A DNA stretch of 64,000 bases from an uncultured Acidimicrobiaceae bacterium (GTDB taxonomy: Bacteria > Actinomycetota > Acidimicrobiia > Acidimicrobiales > RAAP-2), in NCBI GenBank assembly GCA_963756515.1, contig CAVWNV010000007.1:27108-91107 (forward strand), read 5' to 3'. The notes beneath the pieces are model-generated. The model was not told where the DNA came from. It was given only the letters and a program-made list of their open reading frames with translations, and did no database searches. Both the position numbers and the translations under genes were made by a program. Shown here piece by piece: positions 35,613 to 45,579 of this stretch; positions within the stretch are counted from its first letter, which is position 1; each line of letters begins with the position of its first letter.

Positions 35613-37346
35613 GTGATCGATCTGCTCATCCGGGGCGGCACCGTCGTCGACGGCACCGGTGCCCCCGGTCGCCGGGCCGACGTCGGCGTGCGGGACGGTC
35701 GGGTGGTGTCCGTCGGCGACACCGACGAGCGCGCCGCCCGGGTCATCGATGCCGAGGGGCGCATGGTGGCCCCCGGGTTCGTGGATCTCCACACCCACTA
35801 CGACGCCCAGCTCTTCTGGGACCCGAGCGCCAGCCCGTCGCCGCTCCACGGCGTCACCACGGTGTTCGGTGGCAACTGCGGCTTCTCCCTGGCCCCGACG
35901 GCGCCGCAGCACGCTGACTACCTGACCCGGATGATGGCCCGGGTCGAGGGCATGCCGTTGGCCGCACTGGAGGCCGGCCTCGACTGGTCCTGGCGTTCGT
36001 TCGGCGAGTGGCTGGCCCGGCTCGACGGCGCCGTCGGCGTGAACGCGGGGTTTCTGGTGGGTCACTCCACCCTGCGCCGGCTGGTCATGGGCGACGACGC
36101 GGTGGGTTCCGAGGCTACCGAGGAGCAGATGATCGGGCTCGAGGCCGAGCTCCACCGCGCCCTGGCCGAAGGGGCCCTGGGCTTCTCGACCTCCCGCGCC
36201 CCGACCCACAACGACGGCGACGGCCAGCCGGTGCCCTCCCGTTCGGCCGCTATCGGGGAGCTCGAGAGACTGGCGGCGGTGGTGGCCGGCCACCCGGGGA
36301 CCACGGTCGAGATGATCCTGCCCGGATGCCTCAACGGGTTCAGCGACGACGAGGTGGCGCTCCTGACCCGGATCTCGCTGCTGGCCCAGCGCCCGGTCAA
36401 CTGGAACGTCCTCGGGGTGTCATCGACCAACCCCGAGGGAACAGCCCACCAGCTGGCGGCATCGTCGGCGGCGGCCGAGGCCGGTGGCCGGGTCATGGCC
36501 CTCACGCTGCCCCACACCATGTCTCTCCGGCTGTCCTTCGAACACGGGGCCATCCTCGAAGGTCTGCCCGGCTGGCGGGAGTTCTTCGCCGCCTCGATCG
36601 ACCGGCGGTTGGCCGATCTCCGCGACCCGGCCGTCCGGGGTGCCATGGATGAAAGGGCCCAGTCGGACGAAGCCGGCATCCTGCGCTACCTGGCCAACTG
36701 GGGTCAGCTGGTCATCGCCGAGACGTTCTCGGAGGAGAACCGCGGCCTCCGGGGTCGTCGGGTGGACTCGGTGGCCAGGGAGCGGGGCCTCAGCAGCTGG
36801 GATGCCCTGTGCGAGGTGGTGGTGGCCGACCGCCTCCAGACCGGGTTCACGGTCCCCATCCCCGAGTCCGATGCCGACTGGTCGGCCCGGGCCGAGGTGT
36901 GGCGGGACGCCAGGGCGGTGGTGGGCGGGTCCGACGCCGGGGCCCATCTCGACACCATGTGCGGCGCGGTCTACTCCACGTCCCTGCTCGGCGACGGCGT
37001 CCGGCAACGTCAGCTGCTCACCTTCGAAGAGGCGGTCCGGCTCCTGACCGACGTGCCGGCCCGGCTGTACGGACTGGTGGAGCGGGGACGGGTGACGGAG
37101 GGCTGGTGGGCCGACCTGGTCGTCTTCGATCCCGAGACGGTAGGGCACCGGGCGCTCCAGACCCGGCGAGACCTGCCGGCCGGGGCGCCCCGCCTCTTTG
37201 CCGAGTCCACCGGGGTCGAGCACGTGTTGGTGAACGGCACCGACGTGGTGAGCGGGGGCGAACTCACCGGGGCGGTGCCCGGACGCGTCCTCCGGTCGGG
37301 CCGTGACACCGACACCGTGGCCGTGTCGGGTTCCCCACCCGCCTGA
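35613..37346 (+). CDS. N-acyl-D-amino-acid deacylase (D-aminoacylase) family amidohydrolase
   Basis: 'MIDLLIRGGTVVDGTGAPGRRADVGVRDGRVVSVGD...VAPGFVDLHTHYDAQLFWDP' is the canonical family N-terminus. 577 aa. Confidence 0.9.
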   Translation: MIDLLIRGGTVVDGTGAPGRRADVGVRDGRVVSVGDTDERAARVIDAEGRMVAPGFVDLHTHYDAQLFWDPSASPSPLHGVTTVFGGNCGFSLAPTAPQHADYLTRMMARVEGMPLAALEAGLDWSWRSFGEWLARLDGAVGVNAGFLVGHSTLRRLVMGDDAVGSEATEEQMIGLEAELHRALAEGALGFSTSRAPTHNDGDGQPVPSRSAAIGELERLAAVVAGHPGTTVEMILPGCLNGFSDDEVALLTRISLLAQRPVNWNVLGVSSTNPEGTAHQLAASSAAAEAGGRVMALTLPHTMSLRLSFEHGAILEGLPGWREFFAASIDRRLADLRDPAVRGAMDERAQSDEAGILRYLANWGQLVIAETFSEENRGLRGRRVDSVARERGLSSWDALCEVVVADRLQTGFTVPIPESDADWSARAEVWRDARAVVGGSDAGAHLDTMCGAVYSTSLLGDGVRQRQLLTFEEAVRLLTDVPARLYGLVERGRVTEGWWADLVVFDPETVGHRALQTRRDLPAGAPRLFAESTGVEHVLVNGTDVVSGGELTGAVPGRVLRSGRDTDTVAVSGSPPA

Positions 37347-37435
37347 CCGCTCACGGCCCGACCGTTCAGCCGGGGGCGGGGTGAACCCGCACCGTTGACG
37401 GAAACCGGTCGACGCGGGGCCGACGGTCCAGCACA

Positions 37436-38609
37436 ATGGGAACGATGCGTCGACCGGGCTCGGGGGTACAGGACCTCACGGTCGTCGCCATCCCCCTGTA
37501 CTTCGGGGGCATGGCCGTCGAGTACGTCTGGCTCCGGCGCAACGCCACCCTCGGGGACACCGCCGCCGCCGGCTACGAGAGGCGGGACACGCTGGCCAGC
37601 CTGGCCATGGGGGTCGGGAGTCTGGTGGCCCCGTTGATCGTGCCCCGCATGCTGGCCCCTGTCACGCCGGAGAGGGGACGGTGGGGCCGGGTGGCGCTGG
37701 CCGTGGTGGCCGTGGCCGCCACGGCCACCACCGTGGCCGACCATGTGGTGCGACGGGACGCCCGTCGGCGGACGGCGGACCCGGTGGCGCCGGCGACCGA
37801 GGTTCCTCCCGCTCCCGAGATCGCACCCGCGGTCGACCTGGCCCGTCGGATCGCCTCGGTGGCCGGCCCGGCCACGGTGGCTCTGGGCGGGGCGTTGATG
37901 GCCTCGGCCTGGGCCGAACGCACCGCTCCCGGACGGCTCTGGAAGCACCGCCTCCTGCCGGACCTGGGTCGGGGACCACTGGCCCTGGCCCTGGCCATCG
38001 CCGGGTGGGACTTCCTCTACTACTGGAACCACCGGATCATGCACGAGTGCCGGTACCTGTGGGCTATCCATGTCGTCCACCACTCCAGCGAGCGGTACAA
38101 CCTCTCGACCGCGCTCCGCCAACCGGTGGCCGACGCGGTCGGCCCCTCGGTGCCCTACGGGCTGCTCTGCCTGGCCGGCCTGTCGCCCGGGCTGGTGGTC
38201 ACGGCCCGGGGCGTGAACCTCCTCTACCAAATTCTGGATCCACACCGAGACCATCGGCCGGCTCGGTGCCCCCGAGGCGGTGTTGAATTCGCCGTCGCAC
38301 CACCGCGTCCACCACGGGTCCAACTCCGGGTACCTGGACCGGAACCACGGCAGCATCCTCATCGTCTGGGACCGGCTGTTCGGTACGTTCGAGCCGGAGG
38401 TCGAGCCCGTCGTCTACGGACTGACCCAGGACATCGGCACCTTCGACCCGGCCCGCCTCGCCACCCACGAGTTCGCGGCGTTGTTCGGTGACGTGGCCCG
38501 CTCGGCCGGGTGGGCCGAGCGGCTCTCCCACGTGGTGCGGGGCCCCGGGTGGGGGGACCGGCGCCCGGTGACACCGCAGCCGGCCGTGCCGCCGGGTCCG
38601 GAGCGATGA
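37436..38609 (+). pseudogene. fatty-acid hydroxylase/sterol desaturase family membrane protein, interrupted by a +1 frameshift near 38231
   Basis: Frame 1 carries 'WNHRIMHECRYLWAIHVVHHSSERYN'. The continuation 'FWIHTETIGRLGAPEAVLNSPSHHRVHHGSN...ILIVWDRLFGTF' is in the +1 frame. The junction is tac-caa-A-ttc-tgg, one extra A in an AAA run. Confidence 0.75.
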
Positions 38610-38732
38610 GGTCTACCCGGTCCGGTTCCCTCACGACCGCCGATGTGCAAGGCTCGATCCCGTCGGCCGACGAGTGAGACCGGCCACCCGGGCGGCATGG
38701 GCCCGCCCCCACCGGCACGAAACGGAGGCGCT

Positions 38733-39989
38733 GTGAGCGAGCATTACGTGATCATCTCCGCCGACGGCCACTGCGGCCTTCCGCTGGCCGACTACCGGCC
38801 CTACCTCGATGCGCGGTTCCACCGGGCCTTCGACGACTGGGTGGCGGTGAAGGAGGCGGAACGGGCCGAGAAGCTCGAGACCAACTTCGAGTACATCATG
38901 GGATGGGAGACCTCCAACGAGGACGGTCTGCGTGGCGCCTACGACCCGGACGTCCGCAATCGCGAACTCGACAGCGACGGGGTCTCGGCCGATGTGCTGT
39001 TCGCCGACGCCGACGCCATCACCGGCATGGGCTCGCCACCGTTCGGTGCCGGCCTGTCGGCCGGTGAGATCGACCAGGCCGACCTGGCCTTCGCCGGGGC
39101 GCAGGCCCACAATCGATTCCTGGCCGAGCTGTGTTCGACCAGCCCCGAGCGCCGGGCCGGGATCGCGCTCATCCCGCTGTGCCACGATCCCCGCCGGGCC
39201 GTGACCGAGGCCGAGTGGGCCGCGGAGCAGCCCGGCATCAGGGGCGTGATGATCCCCACCATGTGGCGCGACCGGCCCCCGTACAGCAGTGAGGTGTACG
39301 AGGACTTCTGGGCCGCCTGTGCCGCTGCCCGTCTCCCAGTGCACACCCACTCCGGCGAGGCGCCCCAGGAGGAGTACAACGGCCACCTGGGCATCTATCT
39401 GGCCGAGGTCGTCTGGTGGGCGGCCCGGCCGTCGTGGCACCTGCTCTTCTCCGGCGCCTTCGAGCGCCATCCCGATCTCATGTTCGTGGTCACCGAGGCC
39501 GCGGCCTACTGGATCGCCGACTCCAAGTGGAAGTGGGACCAGTACATGGGAGGAGGGCATACGACCAAGAAGATGGCCGCGCTGCTCGAAGGCAAGATCT
39601 CGAAGCTGCCGTCCGAGTACTTCGGCACGAACCTGTTCGCGGGAGCGTCCACCATGTCGAAGGAGGAGCTCCGCCGGCGCCATGTCCTCGGCCTCGATGC
39701 CGTGATGTGGGGGACCGACTACCCCCATCCCGAAGGGTCCTGGCCCAACACGGCGGTCAAGCTCAAGACGGACTTCTGCGACATTCCGGTGGTGGAGACC
39801 CAGGAGCTGCTGGGAGGTACGGCCGCCCACGTCTACGGCTTCGATCTCGACGCCCTCCAGCCGTTGGCCGACCGAATCGGCCCGACGCCGACCGATCTGG
39901 GTCAGGATCCGTCGCTGGCGGCTGACCCCGACGCCTCCTCATCGGCCAAGTGGTGGCTGGCCGAGTACGGCATCGCCCCCACCCGCTGA
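38733..39989 (+). CDS. amidohydrolase-2 family protein (paralog A)
   Basis: 'VSEHYVIISADGHCGLPLADYRPYLDARF...' and 'WGTDYPHPEGSWP'. GTG start with GGAGG 4 nt upstream. Confidence 0.85.
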   Translation: MSEHYVIISADGHCGLPLADYRPYLDARFHRAFDDWVAVKEAERAEKLETNFEYIMGWETSNEDGLRGAYDPDVRNRELDSDGVSADVLFADADAITGMGSPPFGAGLSAGEIDQADLAFAGAQAHNRFLAELCSTSPERRAGIALIPLCHDPRRAVTEAEWAAEQPGIRGVMIPTMWRDRPPYSSEVYEDFWAACAAARLPVHTHSGEAPQEEYNGHLGIYLAEVVWWAARPSWHLLFSGAFERHPDLMFVVTEAAAYWIADSKWKWDQYMGGGHTTKKMAALLEGKISKLPSEYFGTNLFAGASTMSKEELRRRHVLGLDAVMWGTDYPHPEGSWPNTAVKLKTDFCDIPVVETQELLGGTAAHVYGFDLDALQPLADRIGPTPTDLGQDPSLAADPDASSSAKWWLAEYGIAPTR

Positions 39990-40004
39990 ACGTCCCGGCC
40001 TGAA

Positions 40005-41225
40005 CTACCAGGCCCGCAGTACCTGGGTGGTGTCGAAGGCGTTCGATGTCGACGCGTCCGGGTAGTCGGCGGCATCGAGCGGTGTGGAGATGTCCTCGAC
40101 CAGGGGCCCGAACGTGGCCGCCAGCGGAGCCAGGGCCTCGAGATCGAACCCGTAGAGCTCGGCGGCATTCCCACCCACGCAGCGCTCGACCACCTCGGGC
40201 TTCTCCCCCGCGAACGCCACCCGCAGGGCTTGGCGGCTGAAGGGCCACGTGCCCTCGGAGTGGGGGTAGTCGTCGCCCCACATGATGCGGTCACGGCCGA
40301 ACTGGGGCCGCAGCTCGGACTCCGAGGACCGCAGGAAGGACGCTCCGACCCAGATGTTGCGGGCGAAGTACTCCGACGGCTTCATGGACATGCCCTGGGC
40401 CGCGGCCCCGAAGAACAAGGCCTCGGCGCCCCCCCCGGTCATGCGGCCGTAGAACCAGTCGAGCGTCTCGAGGCCCCGGGGGAGCCACGCCACACCCTGC
40501 TCGGTGAGGGCCACCTTCAGACCGGGGAACCGCTCGAAGACGCCTCCGAAGATCATGTGCCACAGCGGACGGTGCCCGAACCACGGGAGTTCCACCAGCA
40601 TGATGGCTCGGGCGATCTCCAGGTCCCCGTAGTCGGGGAGCCCGGTGCCCGAGTGCACGTTGATGACGACGCCGCGCTCCTCGCACAACCGCCACAACGG
40701 GTCGTAGTACGGGTCGTACAGCTCGGGGAGGTGGGAGCCCGGCGGGATCGACGGGAGCAGGATGCCGCCGAACAGGTCGATGTGGTCGGCCGCCCACGAG
40801 ATCTCGGCCAGGGCGTCGTCCAGGTGGTTGACGAAGACCTGGGCCACCCCGGCCCGGCGTCCCGGCGCGGCGGCGCAGAAGTCGGCCACCCAACGGTTGT
40901 GGGCCTGGACGCCGGCCCAGCGCCGCTCGTAGTCGGACTCCTCGGGAGGGAGCGCCACCAGGTTGCTCTCCTCGAAGAACGGCGGCACCGTGTTGGGGAA
41001 CAGCACCTCGGCCACGATCCCGTCGGCCTCGTGCTCGGCCAGGCGACGCTCCGAATCCCAGTTGCGGTACCGGATCGGGGCCAACAGGTCGGCGAAGGGG
41101 ACCTCGTAGGTGGCGGCCCATGCATCGAAGTCGTCGTGGTACCGCTTGGCCAGGTACGGCCGGTAGTCGAGGGTGTCCGCCCCACAGTGCGAGTCGGCGG
41201 TGATGACGGTGTATCGGCGCTCCAT
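40005..41225 (-). CDS. amidohydrolase-2 family protein (paralog B)
   Basis: 'MERRYTVITADSHCGADTLDYRPYLAKRY...' and 'WGDDYPHSEGTWP'. Collinear similarity to 38733-39989. Confidence 0.9.
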   Translation of the reverse strand: MERRYTVITADSHCGADTLDYRPYLAKRYHDDFDAWAATYEVPFADLLAPIRYRNWDSERRLAEHEADGIVAEVLFPNTVPPFFEESNLVALPPEESDYERRWAGVQAHNRWVADFCAAAPGRRAGVAQVFVNHLDDALAEISWAADHIDLFGGILLPSIPPGSHLPELYDPYYDPLWRLCEERGVVINVHSGTGLPDYGDLEIARAIMLVELPWFGHRPLWHMIFGGVFERFPGLKVALTEQGVAWLPRGLETLDWFYGRMTGGGAEALFFGAAAQGMSMKPSEYFARNIWVGASFLRSSESELRPQFGRDRIMWGDDYPHSEGTWPFSRQALRVAFAGEKPEVVERCVGGNAAELYGFDLEALAPLAATFGPLVEDISTPLDAADYPDASTSNAFDTTQVLRAW

Positions 41226-41252
41226 GTCGGGCTCTCCTCGGTTGCTTCGGTA

Positions 41253-42122
41253 CTAGTGCAGCAGGGTCGGAGGCAGTTCCCCCCGGGCCAGGGCGTCGGC
41301 CCGGGCGTGCAGGAGCGGCCCGAACCGGGCCGAGTCGGGACCGAGGACGTAACGACCCTCGGCCAGGTGGTCGAGCACCGTGGACCCCAGCCAGTCGAGG
41401 TCGACGATCTCCGCCGGCAGTCCGGCCGCCTCGAGCTGGGACCGGAACTCGGCGAACGTGGTCCCCGGGGCCGGGGGGCGGGGATGGAGCCGTTCGAGGT
41501 CGGCCGGACGGTTACGGGCCGCCGTCCACAACCCGGTGTCGAGGAGGCCTCCCCCCGGGTAGAAGACGTGGGCGTTGACCTGGCTGTCGTGCGAGCGCAG
41601 CTGGTGGGCCACCGACTCGATGAAGCAGCTCACCGCAGCCTTGGACGCGGCGTAGACGCTGGCGTAGGGGACCGGCGCCACGCCCCCGTCACCCGATGAG
41701 GTGGCGACGACCTCGGCCGGCGTGCCTGCCTCCAGCATCCGGGGCAGGAAGGCCAGGACCGTCGCCGCCACGCCGATGACGTTCACCGAGAAGCACCACC
41801 GCCAGTCGTTGACCTCCTGTTCCCAGGGCAGCCCGCCGCCACCGGAGGTGACGCCGGCGTTGGCGAACAGGAGATCGCACCGACCCTCGTTGGCGTAGAC
41901 GTCGTCGGCCAGGGCCACCACCGACGCATTGTCGGCCACGTCGGTCAGCACGCCCCGCACCGTCCCGAGGGAGGCCAGCTCGCTCACCGCGGTGGCGAGC
42001 ACAGGACCCTCGATGTCGGCCACCACCACCTGCGCTCCCCGGGCCAGCAGCGCATGCACCAGCCCGCGGCCGATGCCGCCGGCACCGCCCGTCACCACGG
42101 CCACCTTTCCGTCGACGTCCAC
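41253..42122 (-). CDS. short-chain dehydrogenase/reductase (SDR)
   Basis: 'VAVVTGGAGGIGRGL' and 'YAASKAAV'. GTG 42122 lies 10 nt after the upstream stop, with GAGGAG in between. Confidence 0.85.
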   Translation of the reverse strand: MDVDGKVAVVTGGAGGIGRGLVHALLARGAQVVVADIEGPVLATAVSELASLGTVRGVLTDVADNASVVALADDVYANEGRCDLLFANAGVTSGGGGLPWEQEVNDWRWCFSVNVIGVAATVLAFLPRMLEAGTPAEVVATSSGDGGVAPVPYASVYAASKAAVSCFIESVAHQLRSHDSQVNAHVFYPGGGLLDTGLWTAARNRPADLERLHPRPPAPGTTFAEFRSQLEAAGLPAEIVDLDWLGSTVLDHLAEGRYVLGPDSARFGPLLHARADALARGELPPTLLH

Positions 42123-42132
42123 CTGCGCCGAC

Positions 42133-42915
42133 CTACTCCTCGCCCGTGGGCGAGAGGTCGTCGTACCGCTGGTGGATGAAGGGAACGATCCATTCGGCCG
42201 GGACCGTCGAATGGATGCGCCCCCGCTGGATGGCGTTGCGCTCACCCACCGTCACCTCCACCAGCGATCGCACCGGCAGGTCGGCCACCGGGTCGAACCT
42301 GGAGTCGGTCAGTACCAGCTCGCCTTGGCACGCCTTGACCCAGCGCACCGTCTCCTCCCGCGTGCAGTAGACCAGGCTGGGGTCGGTATCGAGTCCCTTC
42401 CCGTCCGGCGCCGGAAGGGCCTTGAAGTAGAAGTCGGTCCGCGTCTCGGGGTCGGGCACGGGGAGGGTGTCCGTGGTCCGGCCGGTGAATTCGGCGAAGG
42501 TGATTCCCATTCTGGTCATCGAGCCGCGCACCGATTCGCCGTCGATCTCGACCGCCACCTGGCCGATCTTTTTCGGCTCCCCGTAGGTCTCGCGTCCGCC
42601 GATGACCGACTGCTCGGTGCTCATGGGCATGACCAGGCAGTAGTAGCCGAGGGTTCCCTCGTGTGTGCACTGCACCGACACGCTGCCGGCCCCGAAGGTG
42701 GCGAGCCCGGGTATGTCCACGGTGGCGAACGTCACCTTGGCCAACGGGTCGGACGACGGCTCGAGCGGGCGTGGCAGCACCGAAGCCAGGGCGGCGGCGT
42801 CCGTCTCGTACCGCGCCACCAGCACCGTGGACCACGCACCGACCGAGGTCTTCTCGACCTCGCGGCTGCGGACCTGCTCAGGCGTCTTTGCCGCATACCG
42901 GACGGCCATGCCCAC
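42133..42915 (-). CDS. acetoacetate decarboxylase (ADC) family protein
   Basis: 260-aa ORF. 'LVARYETDAAALASVLPRPLEP...GRETYGEPKKIG' is typical of ADC-fold proteins. Confidence 0.8.
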   Translation of the reverse strand: MGMAVRYAAKTPEQVRSREVEKTSVGAWSTVLVARYETDAAALASVLPRPLEPSSDPLAKVTFATVDIPGLATFGAGSVSVQCTHEGTLGYYCLVMPMSTEQSVIGGRETYGEPKKIGQVAVEIDGESVRGSMTRMGITFAEFTGRTTDTLPVPDPETRTDFYFKALPAPDGKGLDTDPSLVYCTREETVRWVKACQGELVLTDSRFDPVADLPVRSLVEVTVGERNAIQRGRIHSTVPAEWIVPFIHQRYDDLSPTGEE

Positions 42916-43001
42916 CCCTTTCGCGGGCGGCGCCGGGGCCGACCCATCAGGTGGGCATCGTCGCAGTCGGGGGCCGCGCCGTCAACTGTCCGTCCCGCAC
43001 G

Positions 43002-43025
43002 CGGGAAGGGTCGGGACCCTTCCCG
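43002..43025. promoter_or_regulatory. 24-nt near-perfect palindrome (11-bp arms) in divergent promoter region
   Basis: CGGGAAGGGTC-GG-GACCCTTCCCG, between the ADC-like (-) and VOC (+) genes. Confidence 0.35.
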
Positions 43026-43090
43026 ACCCGGGGCCGGCCGGCGCTCCGGGGGCCCGTGCACCCGGAGCGGCCCGGGCCTACGATCTGGGG

Positions 43091-43564
43091 GTGCCACCGA
43101 TCACGCCGTGCCTGTGGTTCGACGGGGACGCCGACGCCGCCGTCGACCACTACATCTCGATCTTCCCGAACTCCTCCCGGTCGGGAGGAGGCGGGGGAGA
43201 CCCCGACTCGGAGGGGGAGGGGGGATCGACGTTCATGGTGAGCTTCGAGCTCGACGGGAAGCCGTTCCAGGCCCTCAACGGAGGGCCGGACTACCGGTTC
43301 ACCCCGGCCGTCTCCTTCGTCATCAACTGCTCGACCCAGGAGCAGGTGGACCACTACTGGGACCGGCTGGTGGACGGGGGCACGCCCGTCCGCTGCGGAT
43401 GGCTCACCGACCGCTTCGGCCTGTCGTGGCAGATCGTCCCCGACCGGCTCGGTGAGCTGATGAGCGATCCCGACCCCGAACGGACGCAGCGGGTCATGCA
43501 GGCCATGCTGTCCATGATCAAGCTGGACATCGGACGCCTGGAGGCCGCCGCCGAAGGCTTCTGA
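43091..43564 (+). CDS. VOC/PhnB-like (3-demethylubiquinone-9 3-methyltransferase-domain) protein
   Basis: 'ITPCLWFDGDADAAVDHYISIFPNS...CGWLTDRFGLSWQIVP' is typical of the family. GTG start (residue 143 of the ORF). Confidence 0.85.
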   Translation: MPPITPCLWFDGDADAAVDHYISIFPNSSRSGGGGGDPDSEGEGGSTFMVSFELDGKPFQALNGGPDYRFTPAVSFVINCSTQEQVDHYWDRLVDGGTPVRCGWLTDRFGLSWQIVPDRLGELMSDPDPERTQRVMQAMLSMIKLDIGRLEAAAEGF

Positions 43565-43650
43565 CCGCACGCGTTGCCGGTGGGACGCAGGCTCCCGGAC
43601 GGCCGCACGCATCCCGCCAGGGGCCGGTCCGGCTCCGCTAATTTCGGACC

Positions 43651-44517
43651 GTGGCCCGGACCGATGCGAACGATGCGGGGGTGCCGCTCTCCGAGCTGGC
43701 GCCCGAGGTGAAGGCCGGGAGGGCCGGAAGCTTCGGGGAGGTGGCGTCGGCGTACGAACGGTTCCGGCCCGGTCCCCCGGCCGAAGCGGTGTCGTGGATC
43801 CTCCCCGAGCGTGTCCCGAGGGTCGTCGACCTGGGCGCCGGCACCGGTGCACTGACCCGGCTCGTGGTCGATCGGGCCGACGAGGTGGTCGCGGTCGAGC
43901 CCGACGAGCGCATGCGGTCCGTCCTCACGTCCTCGGTGCCGGGCGCGCTGGCGGTGGAGGGACGGGGCGAGTCGATCCCCCTTCCCGACGGGTGCGCCGA
44001 TGCCGTACTGGCCTCATCGTCGTGGCACTGGATGGACCCGGTGCCGACCCTTGGCGAGGTGGGCCGGGTCCTGGTGCCCGGGGGGACCCTGGCCGCTCTG
44101 TGGTCCGGGCCCGACCCCGAGGGAGCGTTCTTCGTGCAGGCCCAGGCCCTCCTGACCGAACGGGCGCGGGAGAGCCCGGAGCCCACGGCCGGGGACGGTC
44201 CGGCTCCCGACGGTCGCTTCACCGAGGCCATCCTGTCCGACGCCCTTCGCCCGGCTTCGACCCTCCGGATCCCCGACGGCCTCCCCTTCGACCCGCCGGA
44301 GTACCACCTGTTCCGGTGGGACGCCGCCCTCGATGCCGACGAGATCATCGGACTCCTCGGCACGCTGAGCTGGATCATCACCATGCCGGAGGAGACGAGG
44401 CGGAGCGTGACGGACGAAGCGCGGCGACTCCTGGCCGAGCTCCTCGGCGTCGAAGGGGAGGTCACCGTGGACATCTCGTTCCGATCTGACGTGTGGCGGT
44501 CCCGCCGCCACGGCTGA
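43651..44517 (+). CDS. class I SAM-dependent methyltransferase
   Basis: Motif I 'VVDLGAGTGALT' plus 'VVAVEPDERM'. 288 aa. Confidence 0.85.
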   Translation: MARTDANDAGVPLSELAPEVKAGRAGSFGEVASAYERFRPGPPAEAVSWILPERVPRVVDLGAGTGALTRLVVDRADEVVAVEPDERMRSVLTSSVPGALAVEGRGESIPLPDGCADAVLASSSWHWMDPVPTLGEVGRVLVPGGTLAALWSGPDPEGAFFVQAQALLTERARESPEPTAGDGPAPDGRFTEAILSDALRPASTLRIPDGLPFDPPEYHLFRWDAALDADEIIGLLGTLSWIITMPEETRRSVTDEARRLLAELLGVEGEVTVDISFRSDVWRSRRHG

Positions 44518-44523
44518 TGCTCC

Positions 44524-45420
44524 TCAGCCGCCGTCCAGGGGCGTGCCGTCGAACTCCCCCCACACCGAAGCCATGAGCTCGGGGTGATCCCCCTCCGGCC
44601 GGGGCCAGTCCGGCCAGTGGGTCGGAACCGATCCGCGACAGTGGACAGCCACGCTGGTCCAATGTTCCCAGCCGGGTACGGCCCGCACGTGCGCGGCGGT
44701 GTAGCGGATGGTGAGTCCGGCCCGCCGCCGGCCGGACCGGTTGGCCCCGGACCCGTGGAGCAGCAGGTCGGAGTGGATGGACACCTGTCCGGCCCGGAGC
44801 TCGTTGGTGAACCGCTCGGGGTAGGAGCGCGCCCCGATCACCTGCCGCTTGAGCACCCGGCTGCCGTCGAGCTCCTTGGCCTCGTGGGGCAGGGCCCCGC
44901 TCGTGTGCGATCGCGGCACGAACTGCATGGCGGCGTTCTCCTCGTCGGCATCGTCGATGGCGATCCAGACCGACACCGAGTCGGACGGTGTCAGGGGCCA
45001 GTACACCGCGTCCTGGTGGAGGGGCACCTCCATGTCGTCCCCGGGCTGCTTGGCGAAGAGGTGCATGCCCCAACAGACGATGTCCGGACCCAGCAGGTCC
45101 TCGACGTAGTCGAGCAGCACCGGCGTGTGGATCAGGTCGTAGAGGCGCCCACAGACCACGTGGTAGGAGCTGATGGAGTAGGAGTTCCGCCGATCCGGAG
45201 CCGCCACCACCTGGTGGACCAGGTCATCGATGTAGGTCCTCAGGGCGGCCGTCTCCACTGGGCCGAAGGCGGGCAGGGGGCTCAGATAGCCCAGTCGGTT
45301 GAACTGCTCCACCGCCGCCGGCCCCAGGGTCCGGGCCCTGGTCGGATCGGCAGGGGCGAAGGACAGCTGGTCCAGCCGATCCGGGTCGGCCTCGTAGTCG
45401 ACCAGTGACCGGAGATCCAT
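44524..45420 (-). CDS. phytanoyl-CoA dioxygenase (PhyH) family protein
   Basis: 'VEQFNRLGYL', 'VPLHQDAVYW' (H-x-D) and 'LLLHGSGANRS'. ATG 45420 (residue 93 of the ORF). Confidence 0.85.
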   Translation of the reverse strand: MDLRSLVDYEADPDRLDQLSFAPADPTRARTLGPAAVEQFNRLGYLSPLPAFGPVETAALRTYIDDLVHQVVAAPDRRNSYSISSYHVVCGRLYDLIHTPVLLDYVEDLLGPDIVCWGMHLFAKQPGDDMEVPLHQDAVYWPLTPSDSVSVWIAIDDADEENAAMQFVPRSHTSGALPHEAKELDGSRVLKRQVIGARSYPERFTNELRAGQVSIHSDLLLHGSGANRSGRRRAGLTIRYTAAHVRAVPGWEHWTSVAVHCRGSVPTHWPDWPRPEGDHPELMASVWGEFDGTPLDGG

Positions 45421-45579
45421 ACGGAGCAAGCTATCGGACGGTGTCCTCCGGAGCACCGGGTCGCTCTGTGCTCTGACCGGGGCATCCGTCCCGCCGTCGG
45501 AGCGTGATGGTTTACTCGGTGGTCGAGATGGCTCCCCGACGTCACATCGACCCCGGGCCGGGCCAACCGCGGTGACCGG

